Assembly: GCA_965223845.1 (NCBI GenBank)
Contig: CBDCXR010000004.1
Coordinates: 3,787,334 to 3,851,333 of the forward strand
Source of the DNA: Planctomycetota bacterium
Lineage (GTDB): Bacteria; Planctomycetota; UBA8108; SXIK01
DNA: 64,000 nucleotides
Reading direction: 5' to 3'
Positions within the stretch are counted from its first letter, which is position 1. Each line of letters starts with the position of its first letter. The notes under the pieces were generated by a model. The model saw only the letters and a program-made list of their open reading frames with translations. It did not search any database and was not told where the DNA came from. The position numbers were made by a program, and so were the translations under genes. Of the stretch, positions 20,359 to 30,025 are shown one piece after another.

Positions 20359-22029
20359 ATGGCACACGCAATCCAGATGCCCCGAGCGGGACAGAGCATG
20401 ATCGAGGGCCGGGTCGTCGCGTGGCTCAAGAAGGAAGGCGAGGCCGTCGAGCGCGGCGAGCCTCTGCTCGAGATCGAGACCGACAAGGCGAATCTCGAAG
20501 TCGAAGCACTCGAGGCGGGCATCCTCCGCAAGGTGCTGGCGAAAGAAGGCGACGTCGTCCCCGTGCTGTCCGTGGTCGGCGTGATCGGCGCGGCGGACGA
20601 AGCGATCGACTACGATGCTCTCGTATCTGCCGCCGCCGAAGCGGCGGAGGAGTCTAAGCCGACCACCGACGCGGCGACGGAACCCTCGACGGAAGCGGCG
20701 ACGCCGCCGGCTGACGCGGAGCTCGTCGGCCACACGGTGCTCATGCCCCAGGCGGGACAGAGCATGACGGAAGGCCGAATCCTCTCGTGGCTGAAGAACG
20801 AAGGGGACGCGGTCGAGCGCGGCGAGCCGCTCGTAGAGATCGAAACGGACAAGGCGAATCTCGAGATCGAGGCTCTCGCCGCGGGACATCTGCGCAAGAT
20901 CTTCGCGAACGAAGGAGAGCTCGTCCCCGTGCTCGCCGCGGTCGCGGTGATCGGACCGAGAGACGCGGACATCGACTTCGACGAGCACGCGCGGCGCGCC
21001 GAGGCGGCGCGGGCGCAAGGGACCGCGCCGCCGCCCGCCGCGCCCACGGCGAGTCCGGCCCCCGCCCGCTCGCCCGCCGAGCCGGCGGCGGCGACGAATC
21101 CGCGGCGCCCGGCGCCCGCGGTGGCGAGCCCGACGGTGACCGCCGCCGCGTCGCGCCGTCTCGCCGCCTCGCCGCTAGCGCGGAGGGTCGCGAAGGAGCG
21201 CGGCGTCACGCTCTCCGCCGTCCGCGGCACCGGACCGAACGGGCGCATCCTCCGGCGCGACGTCGAGGCGGCGCCGGCCGGCGGCGGTCACGCAGCTGCG
21301 AATGGCGCGGGGATCGATCTCTCCGCGCTCGGTGCGAGCCGCCCGTACCCCGAACCGGCCGCGCGCCCGCCGGCCGAGGTTCCGCTGACCGGCATGCGGG
21401 GCGCGATCGCGTCGGCTCTCCAGCAGTCGAAGCAGACGCTCCCCCATTTCTACGAGGCGATCACCGCGGATGTGACGGCGCTTCTCGAGCGGAGGAGTGG
21501 GCTCGAGCAAGAAGGTGCCCGCGTTTCCGTGAACGACTTCGTCGTCCGGGCCGTCGCGATCGCACTAGCCGATGAACCTCGCGTCAACTGTCGCGTTGCG
21601 GACGATCGCATCGAATATCCTTCGGCGGTCAACATCGGCATCGCCGTCGGAACGGAAGACGGGCTCGTCGTCCCCGTCGTGCAGAACGCCGCGACGCTCG
21701 ATCTCGTCGGACTCTCCGCCGAGTCGAAGCGCATCATCGAAGCCGCGCGCTCCGGGAAGTTGATCGGAATGGGAACGGGCACCTTCACGATCTCGAATCT
21801 CGGCATGTTCGGCATCGAGAGCTTCAGCGCGATCATCAATCCGCCGGAAGGCGCGATCCTCGCCGTCGGCGCCGCTCGACCCGAGCTCCGGCCCTGGGCC
21901 GGCGGCTTCGCGCCGCGAGCGGTGATGACGCTCACGCTTTCTGCGGACCACCGCGCGATCGATGGCGTGCTCGCCGCTCGATTCCTCAGTCGTCTGCGTT
22001 CGCTGCTCGAAGAGCCGGATCGGTTGTAA
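20359..22029 (+). CDS. Dihydrolipoamide acyltransferase (E2 component of a 2-oxo acid dehydrogenase complex) with two N-terminal lipoyl domains
   Basis: Two lipoyl domains (EIETDKANLEVEA / EIETDKANLEIEA), E3-binding region, catalytic domain with DHRAIDG; ATG at 20359. Confidence 0.85.
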   Translation: MAHAIQMPRAGQSMIEGRVVAWLKKEGEAVERGEPLLEIETDKANLEVEALEAGILRKVLAKEGDVVPVLSVVGVIGAADEAIDYDALVSAAAEAAEESKPTTDAATEPSTEAATPPADAELVGHTVLMPQAGQSMTEGRILSWLKNEGDAVERGEPLVEIETDKANLEIEALAAGHLRKIFANEGELVPVLAAVAVIGPRDADIDFDEHARRAEAARAQGTAPPPAAPTASPAPARSPAEPAAATNPRRPAPAVASPTVTAAASRRLAASPLARRVAKERGVTLSAVRGTGPNGRILRRDVEAAPAGGGHAAANGAGIDLSALGASRPYPEPAARPPAEVPLTGMRGAIASALQQSKQTLPHFYEAITADVTALLERRSGLEQEGARVSVNDFVVRAVAIALADEPRVNCRVADDRIEYPSAVNIGIAVGTEDGLVVPVVQNAATLDLVGLSAESKRIIEAARSGKLIGMGTGTFTISNLGMFGIESFSAIINPPEGAILAVGAARPELRPWAGGFAPRAVMTLTLSADHRAIDGVLAARFLSRLRSLLEEPDRL

Positions 22030-22043
22030 AACTCGCGGGGGAT

Positions 22044-22061
22044 CGACGCCTCGAGGCGTCG
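22044..22061. terminator. Perfect 18-nt palindrome between convergent E2 and lipB (candidate bidirectional terminator)
   Basis: cgacgcctcgaggcgtcg seen directly. Confidence 0.4.
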
Positions 22062-22068
22062 GTTCGAG

Positions 22069-22779
22069 TCAACCGTTCGCGAGCGCTTCGGCCTCCGCCG
22101 CGACGAGTAGCCGGAGATTCCGATCGAACACGCTCGTGAACGACCGGTGAACCGCGCCGCAGAGCGCCGTCCACTCGGGAAGAGACCCGGCCGGCAACTC
22201 GCGCTCGAGGCTCGTTACTTCGGCGTCCGAGATCCCGCAGGGAACGATCGTATCGAAGCCGTCGAGATCTCTCTCGACGTTGAGAGCGAAGCCGTGTGAC
22301 GTCACCCACTGCTGCGCGCGGATGCCGATCGCCGCGATCTTGCGCGGAGCCGCGTCCGGACCGACCCACACTCCCGTGCGCCCGTCGACGCGTCGCCCGA
22401 CGATCTCGTAATCCGCGAGTACTCCGAGCAGAGCCTCCTCGACGCGCCGAAGATAGGCGTGGAGGTCCCGCTCGTCGCCCGAGAGCTGGACGATCGGATA
22501 TCCGACGAGTTGCCCCGGACGGTGAAACGTCACGTCGCCGCCGCGGCGCGACGGGACGATCGCGATGCCGCGCGAGGCGTACTCGGCTCGCGGGAGGCGG
22601 AGATGCTCATCGCCACCTCTCGTGCCCCACGTCACCGTAGGCGGGTGCTCGAGGAGCCACAGAAGATCCGGAATCTCGTCCGCTGCACGGCGTTTGACGA
22701 GACGCTCTTGCGTTCGCGTGGCGTCGTCGTAGCGGATCGGAGTTCGAGGTGTACGGACGTTCTCGGGGAGGAGATTCAC
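22069..22779 (-). CDS. lipB: Octanoyl-[ACP]:protein N-octanoyltransferase
   Basis: LipB family similarity (IPDLLWLLEHPPTVTWG, AIGIRAQQWVTSHGFALNV, GKIAAIG-like Lys region); start is GTG. Confidence 0.8.
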   Translation of the reverse strand: MNLLPENVRTPRTPIRYDDATRTQERLVKRRAADEIPDLLWLLEHPPTVTWGTRGGDEHLRLPRAEYASRGIAIVPSRRGGDVTFHRPGQLVGYPIVQLSGDERDLHAYLRRVEEALLGVLADYEIVGRRVDGRTGVWVGPDAAPRKIAAIGIRAQQWVTSHGFALNVERDLDGFDTIVPCGISDAEVTSLERELPAGSLPEWTALCGAVHRSFTSVFDRNLRLLVAAEAEALANG

Positions 22780-22875
22780 ACGAAGTGCGCGAAGGATCGC
22801 GAAGGGAGAGAAGAAGTAAGAATAAGAGTAGGAATGAGAGCGAGAATAAAAGGAAGCGCGCCCGGGTGGGAAGGA

Positions 22876-22913
22876 AAACGCCCGGCGAACGGGGAACCGG
22901 TCGCCGGGCGTTT
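22876..22913 (-). terminator. Rho-independent-type terminator downstream of amt
   Basis: 13-bp GC stem (aacgcccggcga...tcgccgggcgtt) followed on the - strand by a T-run (gttttcc). Confidence 0.45.
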
Positions 22914-22935
22914 CGCTATTACCGACTGAAGCGAG

Positions 22936-24324
22936 TTACACGTCGTAGCCGACTTCGCCGTGCTGCGAGAGGTCGAGGCCCTGGAGCTCCTCGTCCTCGC
23001 TCGCGCGGAATCCCTTCGTGACCGCGTTCACGATTGCGTAGAGGATCGCCGTCACGACGGCGGAGTACACCATGGTGATGACGACGGCGAGAATCTGCGT
23101 GAGGATCAACCCGCCGCTCGGCACTCCGCCTACAGAGACGAAGACGCCCGTGAGGATCGCGCCGACGGTTCCACCGACTCCGTGGACGCCGAACGCGTCG
23201 AGCGAGTCATCGAATCCGAGGCGCGCCTTGAGGACGGCGACGCAGAAGTAGCACACCGCCGCGACGATGACGCCCATGATGAGAGCGGCTCCGGGCTGGA
23301 CGTATCCCGCCGCCGGGGTGATGCAGACGAGGCCCGCAACGAGTCCCGTGGCGACGCCGAGCACGGTGGCCTTTCCGTGGTGGACCCGCTCGATCACCGC
23401 CCACGCGAGAGCGGCCGATGCCGCGCAAACGTGAGTGACGGTGAACGCGAGAACGGCGGTCCCGTCGCTCGCGAGACCGCTCCCGCCGTTGAATCCGAAC
23501 CAGCCGAACCAGAGGAGACCGGCTCCGAGCACGGTGAGGGTCAGGTTATTCGGCGCCATTTTCTGCTGCGGGTAGCCGCGGCGCTTCCCGATGAGGATCG
23601 CGAGAACGAGCGCGGACACACCCGACGAGATGTGGACGACGGTTCCACCGGCGAAGTCGATCGCGCCGTAGCCGGTCACGCCTTCGAGCCACCCGTCACC
23701 ACCGAGCAGGCCACCACCCCAGACCCAGTGGCAGATCGGATCGTAGACGAGCGTCGCCCAGAGGAGCGTGAAGAGGACGTAGGGTCCGAACCGCACGCGT
23801 TCCGCGAACGCTCCGGCGATGAGGGCCGGCGTGATGATCGCGAACATCATCTGGAAGGTCATGAAGAGCATGTGCGGGATGACGTGTCCCGAGTTCGGTT
23901 GGGGCGCATCCCAAGCGACTCCGCTCAGCATGAAGTAGTCCATGCCGCCGATGAATCCGCCCACATCGGTCCCGAAGGCGAGACTGTAGCCGATCACCAC
24001 CCACTGCACGCTCACGAGTCCCATGCAGAACACGCTGTGCATCATCGTCCCGAGGACGTTCTTCGAGCGCACCATGCCCGCGTAGAAGAGGGCGAGGCCC
24101 GGCGTCATGAGGAGTACTAATGCGCACGAGGCGAGAATCCACGCGATCGATCCCGAATCGAGCGCCGACGCCACCTCGGCGGCGGCTTCGGCAGCGGCTT
24201 CGGTGGCAGCCTCGACGACTTCGGCGCCCTCGGCACCTTCACCCTGGCCGAAAGCGATCGCCGGCATCCCGGCACTGAGCAGGCCGGCGACCCAAGATCG
24301 CCGGCGTTTTGAGAAGGAAAACAT
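22936..24324 (-). CDS. amtB: Ammonium transporter (Amt family) with signal peptide
   Basis: 11-TM Amt fold, twin-His and Phe-gate regions (DFAGGTVVHISSG, GAGLLWFGWFGFNGGS); ATG at 24324. Confidence 0.9.
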   Translation of the reverse strand: MFSFSKRRRSWVAGLLSAGMPAIAFGQGEGAEGAEVVEAATEAAAEAAAEVASALDSGSIAWILASCALVLLMTPGLALFYAGMVRSKNVLGTMMHSVFCMGLVSVQWVVIGYSLAFGTDVGGFIGGMDYFMLSGVAWDAPQPNSGHVIPHMLFMTFQMMFAIITPALIAGAFAERVRFGPYVLFTLLWATLVYDPICHWVWGGGLLGGDGWLEGVTGYGAIDFAGGTVVHISSGVSALVLAILIGKRRGYPQQKMAPNNLTLTVLGAGLLWFGWFGFNGGSGLASDGTAVLAFTVTHVCAASAALAWAVIERVHHGKATVLGVATGLVAGLVCITPAAGYVQPGAALIMGVIVAAVCYFCVAVLKARLGFDDSLDAFGVHGVGGTVGAILTGVFVSVGGVPSGGLILTQILAVVITMVYSAVVTAILYAIVNAVTKGFRASEDEELQGLDLSQHGEVGYDV

Positions 24325-24451
24325 CTCGAATGACCTCAAACGAAGTTTGCTTGCGGAACGCGACGTCGGTGGGGACCCCTCCACCACGGAGTCGCACGCG
24401 CGAACAAACGCGAGGAATCGTCCTCCGGAAGCTGCCTCGACCGCGAGTGCG

Positions 24452-24799
24452 TTAGATCGCCTCGTTGCCGCGTTCGCCCGTGCGGATGCGCACGCAGTCT
24501 TCGAGCGGAAGGACGAAGATCTTGCCGTCTCCGATCTTCCCTTCCTCGCCGGTGCGACCGCCGCGGATGATCGCCTCGATCGTCGCCTCGACGAATTCGT
24601 CGTTGACCGCAATCTCGAGCCGAACTTTCGGGATGAGATTCACCTGGTACTCGTGACCGCGGTAAATCTCGGTGTGTCCCTTCTGGCGTCCGAGCCCCTG
24701 CGCGTCGCTAACGGTGAGGCGAAAGACCTCGACCGAGCTGAGCGCTTCTTTCACCGCCTCAAGTCGAGACGGCTGCACGACAGCGATGATGTACTTCAT
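24452..24799 (-). CDS. glnK: Nitrogen regulatory protein P-II
   Basis: 112 aa, MKYIIAVVQP..., T-loop RGHEYQV with Tyr51 uridylylation site; immediately upstream of amt (glnK-amtB arrangement). Confidence 0.9.
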   Translation of the reverse strand: MKYIIAVVQPSRLEAVKEALSSVEVFRLTVSDAQGLGRQKGHTEIYRGHEYQVNLIPKVRLEIAVNDEFVEATIEAIIRGGRTGEEGKIGDGKIFVLPLEDCVRIRTGERGNEAI

Positions 24800-24952
24800 A
24801 GGAACCTCTCCGATGGGCTGTTCTCTCGACGGTGGAGCTCGGGCCGATTCGGCGCGAATCGGATCAGAAACAACCCTCCTCGCCGCACCGCGAGATTCGT
24901 TCATCCTCTCTAGTTTGAGCCGATCGCCCTCGACGACCGGCGCCGAAAGCTT

Positions 24953-27682
24953 TTACCCCACGCCTGTAGTCTCCGCACCACTCTCCTCGGGCTCCGCCGC
25001 GTCGCGGCCGCGCGCCCGAAGGAGCAGCTCTCTCTCGACACGACGTTGAATCTCCGGGTCACTCACCTTCAACCCGTCGGCTCCGAGCACGTAGAAGACG
25101 TCTCGAACTCGAGCGCCGAAGGTGGAAAGTTTTGCCGTGTGGACGCCGAGGCCGCGCTCGTGGAGACCCGACGCCACATCGAACAGGAGGCCGGGCCGGT
25201 CTCCCGCATTCACCTCGATCACCGTAAACCGTTCCGAGCTCACGTTGTTGATCGTCACCCGCGGCCCGTACAACGGACGGGGAGCTCGATGGCGCCCGAG
25301 TCTCGCGCGGTGCTCCTCCACGACGCTCGAAACTTCGATCGCTGACGATTCTAAAGACGCGAAGGAGCCGCGCAGGCGCTCGATTCGCGTCGAGACGGGG
25401 ATCCTCACGCCGTCGTCGACCTCGACGATGAACTGATCGATCGCGAAGCCATCGGCGTGCGAGTAGATGCGCGCCCCGAGAACGCTGAACCCCTGACAAA
25501 AGAGAAGCCCGGTCAACTCGGCAAATAGTCCGGGGCGATCGGGAGCGCAGATGCTCACCTCGTGGTAGTCGCCGAACGCCTCCGCGCTCACCCCGACCGA
25601 TCCGTGCTCGCGGACCCCGTCTAGCAACTCGACGTGACGGAGCATCGTCTCCGGGCGCACTTCGCGCCCGTAGTCGGAGCCCTCCATCGAACGGCAATGC
25701 TCCCGCAGTCTCGCGCGCTGCGCGTCGTCGAGGTCGGCGTCCTCGACGAGGGACCGCAGCTCGGTCCCCGCTGGCTCTCCCGTGCGCAGCCGCTCGAGTG
25801 TGTTCTCGTACACTTCCTTGAGCTGTGCGCCCTTCCACCCCGTCCAAGTGCCCGGGCCGACAGATTTGATGTCGAGGTGAGTCAGTAGGTAGAGCATCTT
25901 GAGCCGTTCCGCGGTTTCGCACGCTGTCGCGAGCCCCGCGATGACGTCGGGGTCCGAGTAGTTCCGCCGCTCGGAGACTCGGAAGAGTCGAAGATGCCGG
26001 TAGACGAGGAATTCGACCGCGGATGCGATCTCGCTCGTTAGCCCCAATCGCTCACAAACGATGGCCGAAATCGTCCAGCCGCTCACCGAATGATCGCCTT
26101 CGAATGCCTTTCCGACGTCGTGGAGAAGAAGCGCGAGGCGGAGCGGCAAAGGATCGCTGAGCTCGTCGTAGACGCGGCGGAACTCGCGCTCGGTCGAGTC
26201 GTCGCCCTCGGCGATGCGGTCGAGCTCACGGAGGGCACGAAGCGTGTGGGCATCGACGGTGAAATGGTGGTGTCCATCGAAGCTGACGAGACAATCGAGC
26301 TTCCGGAACTCCGGTAGAATCCGTGCGAGGAGCCCGGTCTCGTGCATCGCGGTCAACGCTTCCCCGACGCGTTGCTCGTGCCGCAGAATCGAGACGAACT
26401 TGCGCATCACCGGAGCCGAGTGCGTCAAGTCGCCCGGCTCGCGCGCGACGCGCTGGCGAATCCATTCGCGCAGCGTTTCGCTCGGTCGAATGTCTTTCTT
26501 CTGTGCGACGCGAAGGAAGTCGAGGATCTCCTCGGGCGTCCCTCCGTTCGGCGGATCACCCGCGAGGTAAAGACGTCCCCGGTACGAATTGAGGACCGGG
26601 TGGACGCGATCGGCGACGAATGTCCGCGTGACCCAACTGAACGAACGACGCCCGCGCGTTTCGCTTTCCACGTAGTAGCGAAGAAAGCAATCGACGGCGC
26701 GGGTGTGACGGTAGTAGTCGCCCATGAGCTCCTCGACCGCGGCACGCGGATCGGCATCGGATCCGTAGCCGAGGTGTCGAGCGACGGCGAACTGGGTATC
26801 GCGCTCGAGCACGTCGAGGCGACTCTCGCTCTCCAAGTGGAGGGCACAGCGAACGCGGAGAAGAAAGCGATACGCCGCGCGCCAAGCGGTGACGTGATCC
26901 ACGGAGAAGTCGCCCGTCTGGGAGAGGCTGCGCATGCCTCGTCCGGCGTGGCGGAGATTCTCGATCCACCGAACGCGCTGAAGATCACGGAGTCCGCAGA
27001 TGCCGTCTTTCGTGTCGGGTTCGATGACGTACAGAGTGCGGCGCGGATCCTCGAGAGACTCGCGGAGAAGTCGCACCTGCTCCGAGCAGAATCTCGCTCC
27101 CCGACGTCGCCGATACCGCCAGAGCGCTTTCTCGCGGAACGTCGAGTAGACTTCGTCGCTTCCCCAGAGGTGGCGGGCGTCGAGAAGAGCCGTCGCCGTG
27201 CTCAGATCGTCGTGCATCCACCCGAAGCACTCCCGCGGCGATCGCACCGAGTGACCGAGTTCGAGCCCCGCGTCCCAGAGAAGAGGGACGAGTCGCTCCA
27301 CGCGATCCGTCGCGGCGCCCCGGCGAATGAGCACCAGGAGATCGACATCGGAATGCGGGCATTGCTCCGCGCGACCGAATCCGCCCACCGCGGCCAAGCA
27401 AACGCTCGCGGGCTCGAGCTCCGCGGCCAGAGCGCGCTCGACGACGACGCGATCGATCGCGGTCGAAAACGAGCGACAGGCTTCGAACGCGTCGCGGCCG
27501 GACTGAATCTCGCGGCGGAGTTGAGCGAGCGCGGAGTCGACCGAGGCGCGCTTCGCGTCGAGTCCCTCCGAGGCGCGCGGCGACGATCCGCGCATTCGCT
27601 CGCCGGAGTCGAGTCTCGGCCCGCCCGACCGGGACGAGTCGCCGGAATCTAGCGCCGGGCTCTCTGAATTCATTCGGGCCAT
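24953..27682 (-). CDS. glnD: [Protein-PII] uridylyltransferase / uridylyl-removing enzyme
   Basis: Nucleotidyltransferase domain (GGFGRAEQCPHSDVDLLVL), HD domain (HLDIKSVG... HDVGK), two C-terminal ACT domains; start taken at MARMNS (27682). Confidence 0.85.
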   Translation of the reverse strand: MARMNSESPALDSGDSSRSGGPRLDSGERMRGSSPRASEGLDAKRASVDSALAQLRREIQSGRDAFEACRSFSTAIDRVVVERALAAELEPASVCLAAVGGFGRAEQCPHSDVDLLVLIRRGAATDRVERLVPLLWDAGLELGHSVRSPRECFGWMHDDLSTATALLDARHLWGSDEVYSTFREKALWRYRRRRGARFCSEQVRLLRESLEDPRRTLYVIEPDTKDGICGLRDLQRVRWIENLRHAGRGMRSLSQTGDFSVDHVTAWRAAYRFLLRVRCALHLESESRLDVLERDTQFAVARHLGYGSDADPRAAVEELMGDYYRHTRAVDCFLRYYVESETRGRRSFSWVTRTFVADRVHPVLNSYRGRLYLAGDPPNGGTPEEILDFLRVAQKKDIRPSETLREWIRQRVAREPGDLTHSAPVMRKFVSILRHEQRVGEALTAMHETGLLARILPEFRKLDCLVSFDGHHHFTVDAHTLRALRELDRIAEGDDSTEREFRRVYDELSDPLPLRLALLLHDVGKAFEGDHSVSGWTISAIVCERLGLTSEIASAVEFLVYRHLRLFRVSERRNYSDPDVIAGLATACETAERLKMLYLLTHLDIKSVGPGTWTGWKGAQLKEVYENTLERLRTGEPAGTELRSLVEDADLDDAQRARLREHCRSMEGSDYGREVRPETMLRHVELLDGVREHGSVGVSAEAFGDYHEVSICAPDRPGLFAELTGLLFCQGFSVLGARIYSHADGFAIDQFIVEVDDGVRIPVSTRIERLRGSFASLESSAIEVSSVVEEHRARLGRHRAPRPLYGPRVTINNVSSERFTVIEVNAGDRPGLLFDVASGLHERGLGVHTAKLSTFGARVRDVFYVLGADGLKVSDPEIQRRVERELLLRARGRDAAEPEESGAETTGVG

Positions 27683-27953
27683 ACAAGTCCATCGACCCAG
27701 GCGGAGCTCCGCCGAGTCGAGATCTGCCGCTTCGGCGATCCGGAGGGGCTCGGCAAACGCACGAGAGCTCGAGACGGTACCGTCCGATCTCGCGTTTCGT
27801 TCGCCGGCAGTCCAGGAGCGACGCGAGCGAGCGAGCAAGTCCTATCTTGAAACTGTATGGACCCCCAATGGTCGCGCGCATTGTGGCCGATGGGCGGGCA
27901 CGGCGCAAGCCCGCCGCCTCTCCCGCCTAAACGAGATCGACCGCGCGGCGAGA

Positions 27954-29081
27954 TCAGTAGGTCCAGGCGTCGCGTCCCGGCGAAAACACCCTTCGCTCAC
28001 CGGGGAGAGCGGCCGGCCGGAGCTCGAAAGCCGGAACGATCCCGCGAGGCCAGCCGCGGGTCTCGGCGCCTTCGTCGACGAAGACGTGATAGAGACGGGC
28101 GCCCGAGACGCGCAGCGGCTCATCGCGCTCGCGCTCGCGGCCGCGAATCGCGCGAAGCGGGATGAACCATCGCCCTCCCCGCGCCGTCACGCCCTCGACC
28201 GGCACGAGGATGTATCGCGTATCGCCGCGCGAACGAACCGCGTCGGGATCGAGCTCGACTTCGACGAGCCACTCCGGCTCGAGCGAGGCCGTGGTAGCGC
28301 GGGAACGCTCGAGATCCAAATCGAGAGTCTCGGCGCGTCCGTCCAGCGACTCGCCCAACCGGTGGCGAATCCCGACAAGGCGCGGATGGGGCCGCTCGCG
28401 GGAAGCCGGCTCGAGGTGCCACTGAAGCTCCGTCGAGATCTCCCGCTCGCCGTTCCATCGCGTCGAATGAGCCGTCGACGATCGATAGGCATCGGCGGCC
28501 TGAGGACGACTCCGATCCTGCGGCGCGGGGGACTCGGCGAGGCGCGTGGCGTTCCCGTCTACCCAAAGAGCGCCCGCGAAAACTCCGGCCACGCCGGCGA
28601 TCAAGACCGCGGCCGCGACTGCTTCGCGGTGCCGAACTCGGCGCGCGGGCATGCGCTGCACAGTAGCCGTCGCGCGATGGCTCGGATCGTCGGCGGTCTC
28701 GCCTTCGCGTCGCACGAGGCGCCGTTCGGTGCGCTCCGCCCTTTCGGCCAGTCCCACGACCGAGGTGCGCGGTGGACGACTTCGCTCGACCGTCCGTTCG
28801 CAGCGCCTACCGGGAAGCATCGAGAGAGCCTCGACGCGGGCGACGATCGCCCCGGCACGCTTTCGCCGCATCTCGGCAACGCGAGAACCGGTTCGCTCGA
28901 TCTCTGGCGCCGCCGACTCAAAGAGCGAACGCACATCCTCGTCGAACTCGTCCACCCACCTCGAGCAGTCGGCGCAGCGTCGGAGGTGCCGCCGCACGAG
29001 TTGAAGCGCGAAAGGATCAGCCAGCTCGCCTTCGCAGTAGAGCCAGAGGTCGTCGCGCAGTTGGCTACAGACGTCCTTCAT
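27954..29081 (-). CDS. Membrane-anchored anti-sigma factor with N-terminal zinc-binding (ZAS-like H-x3-C-x2-C) domain and periplasmic C-terminal domain
   Basis: HLRRCADCSRW motif, one TM (AVAAAVLIAGVAGVFAGALWV); overlaps and follows the ECF sigma gene. Confidence 0.65.
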   Translation of the reverse strand: MKDVCSQLRDDLWLYCEGELADPFALQLVRRHLRRCADCSRWVDEFDEDVRSLFESAAPEIERTGSRVAEMRRKRAGAIVARVEALSMLPGRRCERTVERSRPPRTSVVGLAERAERTERRLVRREGETADDPSHRATATVQRMPARRVRHREAVAAAVLIAGVAGVFAGALWVDGNATRLAESPAPQDRSRPQAADAYRSSTAHSTRWNGEREISTELQWHLEPASRERPHPRLVGIRHRLGESLDGRAETLDLDLERSRATTASLEPEWLVEVELDPDAVRSRGDTRYILVPVEGVTARGGRWFIPLRAIRGRERERDEPLRVSGARLYHVFVDEGAETRGWPRGIVPAFELRPAALPGERRVFSPGRDAWTY

Positions 29082-29688
29082 GGCTCAACCTCACTCGCGC
29101 GCGCCGCTCGAGCCGGGCGCGCGCCGTTCGAATCAAGTGGTCGACCTTGGAAAAGCTCACGTTCAAGCGCGTCGCCAGCTCGCGGTACGACAGCCCGTCG
29201 AAGTAGCGCAGGATCAGGATGTCGCGCTCCGCCGCCGGCAACTCGTCGAGGAGTCCGTTCAGATCTGCGCATTCGTTCTTCGGCTGCGACCATCCCTGCT
29301 GGAGCTCCTCGGCTCGCGCGGCCAGCGCCTTTCGCTCGGACCGATAACGCCGCCGGCGATCGCGACAGAGCGATCGCGCGATCTGGTAGAGCCACGGCGC
29401 GAATCGCCGCGCATCGTCCAGCTGCGCAAGGTGCGTGTACGCACGGATGAACGTCTCCTGCGCGATCTCTTCGGCGTCGGATCGATTCGACCCGAGCAGT
29501 CTGAAACAGAGCCCGAACACGGACGGCTCGTAGTGTTCAACCAACTCGCGAAACGCATCGCGGTCGCCGTCGAGCACACGCCGGACCGTCTCCCCTGCGT
29601 CGGAGATCGTCCCGGGCGGCTCAACCCGTTCGGGGTCGGGCCGGTCGGGATCGGTGCTGGCGTCTGGCCCGCGCTGCGGGTCGCGCAT
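29065..29688 (-). CDS. ECF (group IV) RNA polymerase sigma-70 factor
   Basis: Region 2 (DRDAFRELVEHYEPSVFGLCFRLLG...DAEEIAQETFIRAY) and region 4 (LDELPAAERDILILRYFDGLSYRELA); start at MRDPQRG (ATG 29686-29688). Confidence 0.75.
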   Translation of the reverse strand: MRDPQRGPDASTDPDRPDPERVEPPGTISDAGETVRRVLDGDRDAFRELVEHYEPSVFGLCFRLLGSNRSDAEEIAQETFIRAYTHLAQLDDARRFAPWLYQIARSLCRDRRRRYRSERKALAARAEELQQGWSQPKNECADLNGLLDELPAAERDILILRYFDGLSYRELATRLNVSFSKVDHLIRTARARLERRARVRLSHEGRL

Positions 29689-30025
29689 CAAGCTGGATGA
29701 AGCTCGCACGTCGAAATCGCCCGAAAAAGGATCCTTTTTTTCGTCCCGGGGAACGCGGACGGGTGCGCTGAGAGTCCCGAGGAGATCGCGAATCGAGGAT
29801 TCTAACGTGGATGCCGGGCGGGCTTCCACTCCGTCCGGGGCGCGCCGGGACGCTGCGTCCACACCTTCTCTGGTTCCCTCCCGAGGTCGGGTTTCGGAGC
29901 TCGTCTCGCCGTCCTTCCCCCACCTGCGGCTCTCTCCTGGCCCCCTCTCACCTCGCTCCTCTGCCGTGCTCTGCGCTCCCGCGTGAATCGCCTTCTCGAG
30001 CGAGCGAGAGCAACCGAGTCCGACG

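Noticed and set aside
22040-22075. tRNA-like T-arm motif ggttcgagtc near 22061
   Set aside because: No acceptor/anticodon stems can be built around it; the sequence is part of the palindromic terminator between E2 and lipB.
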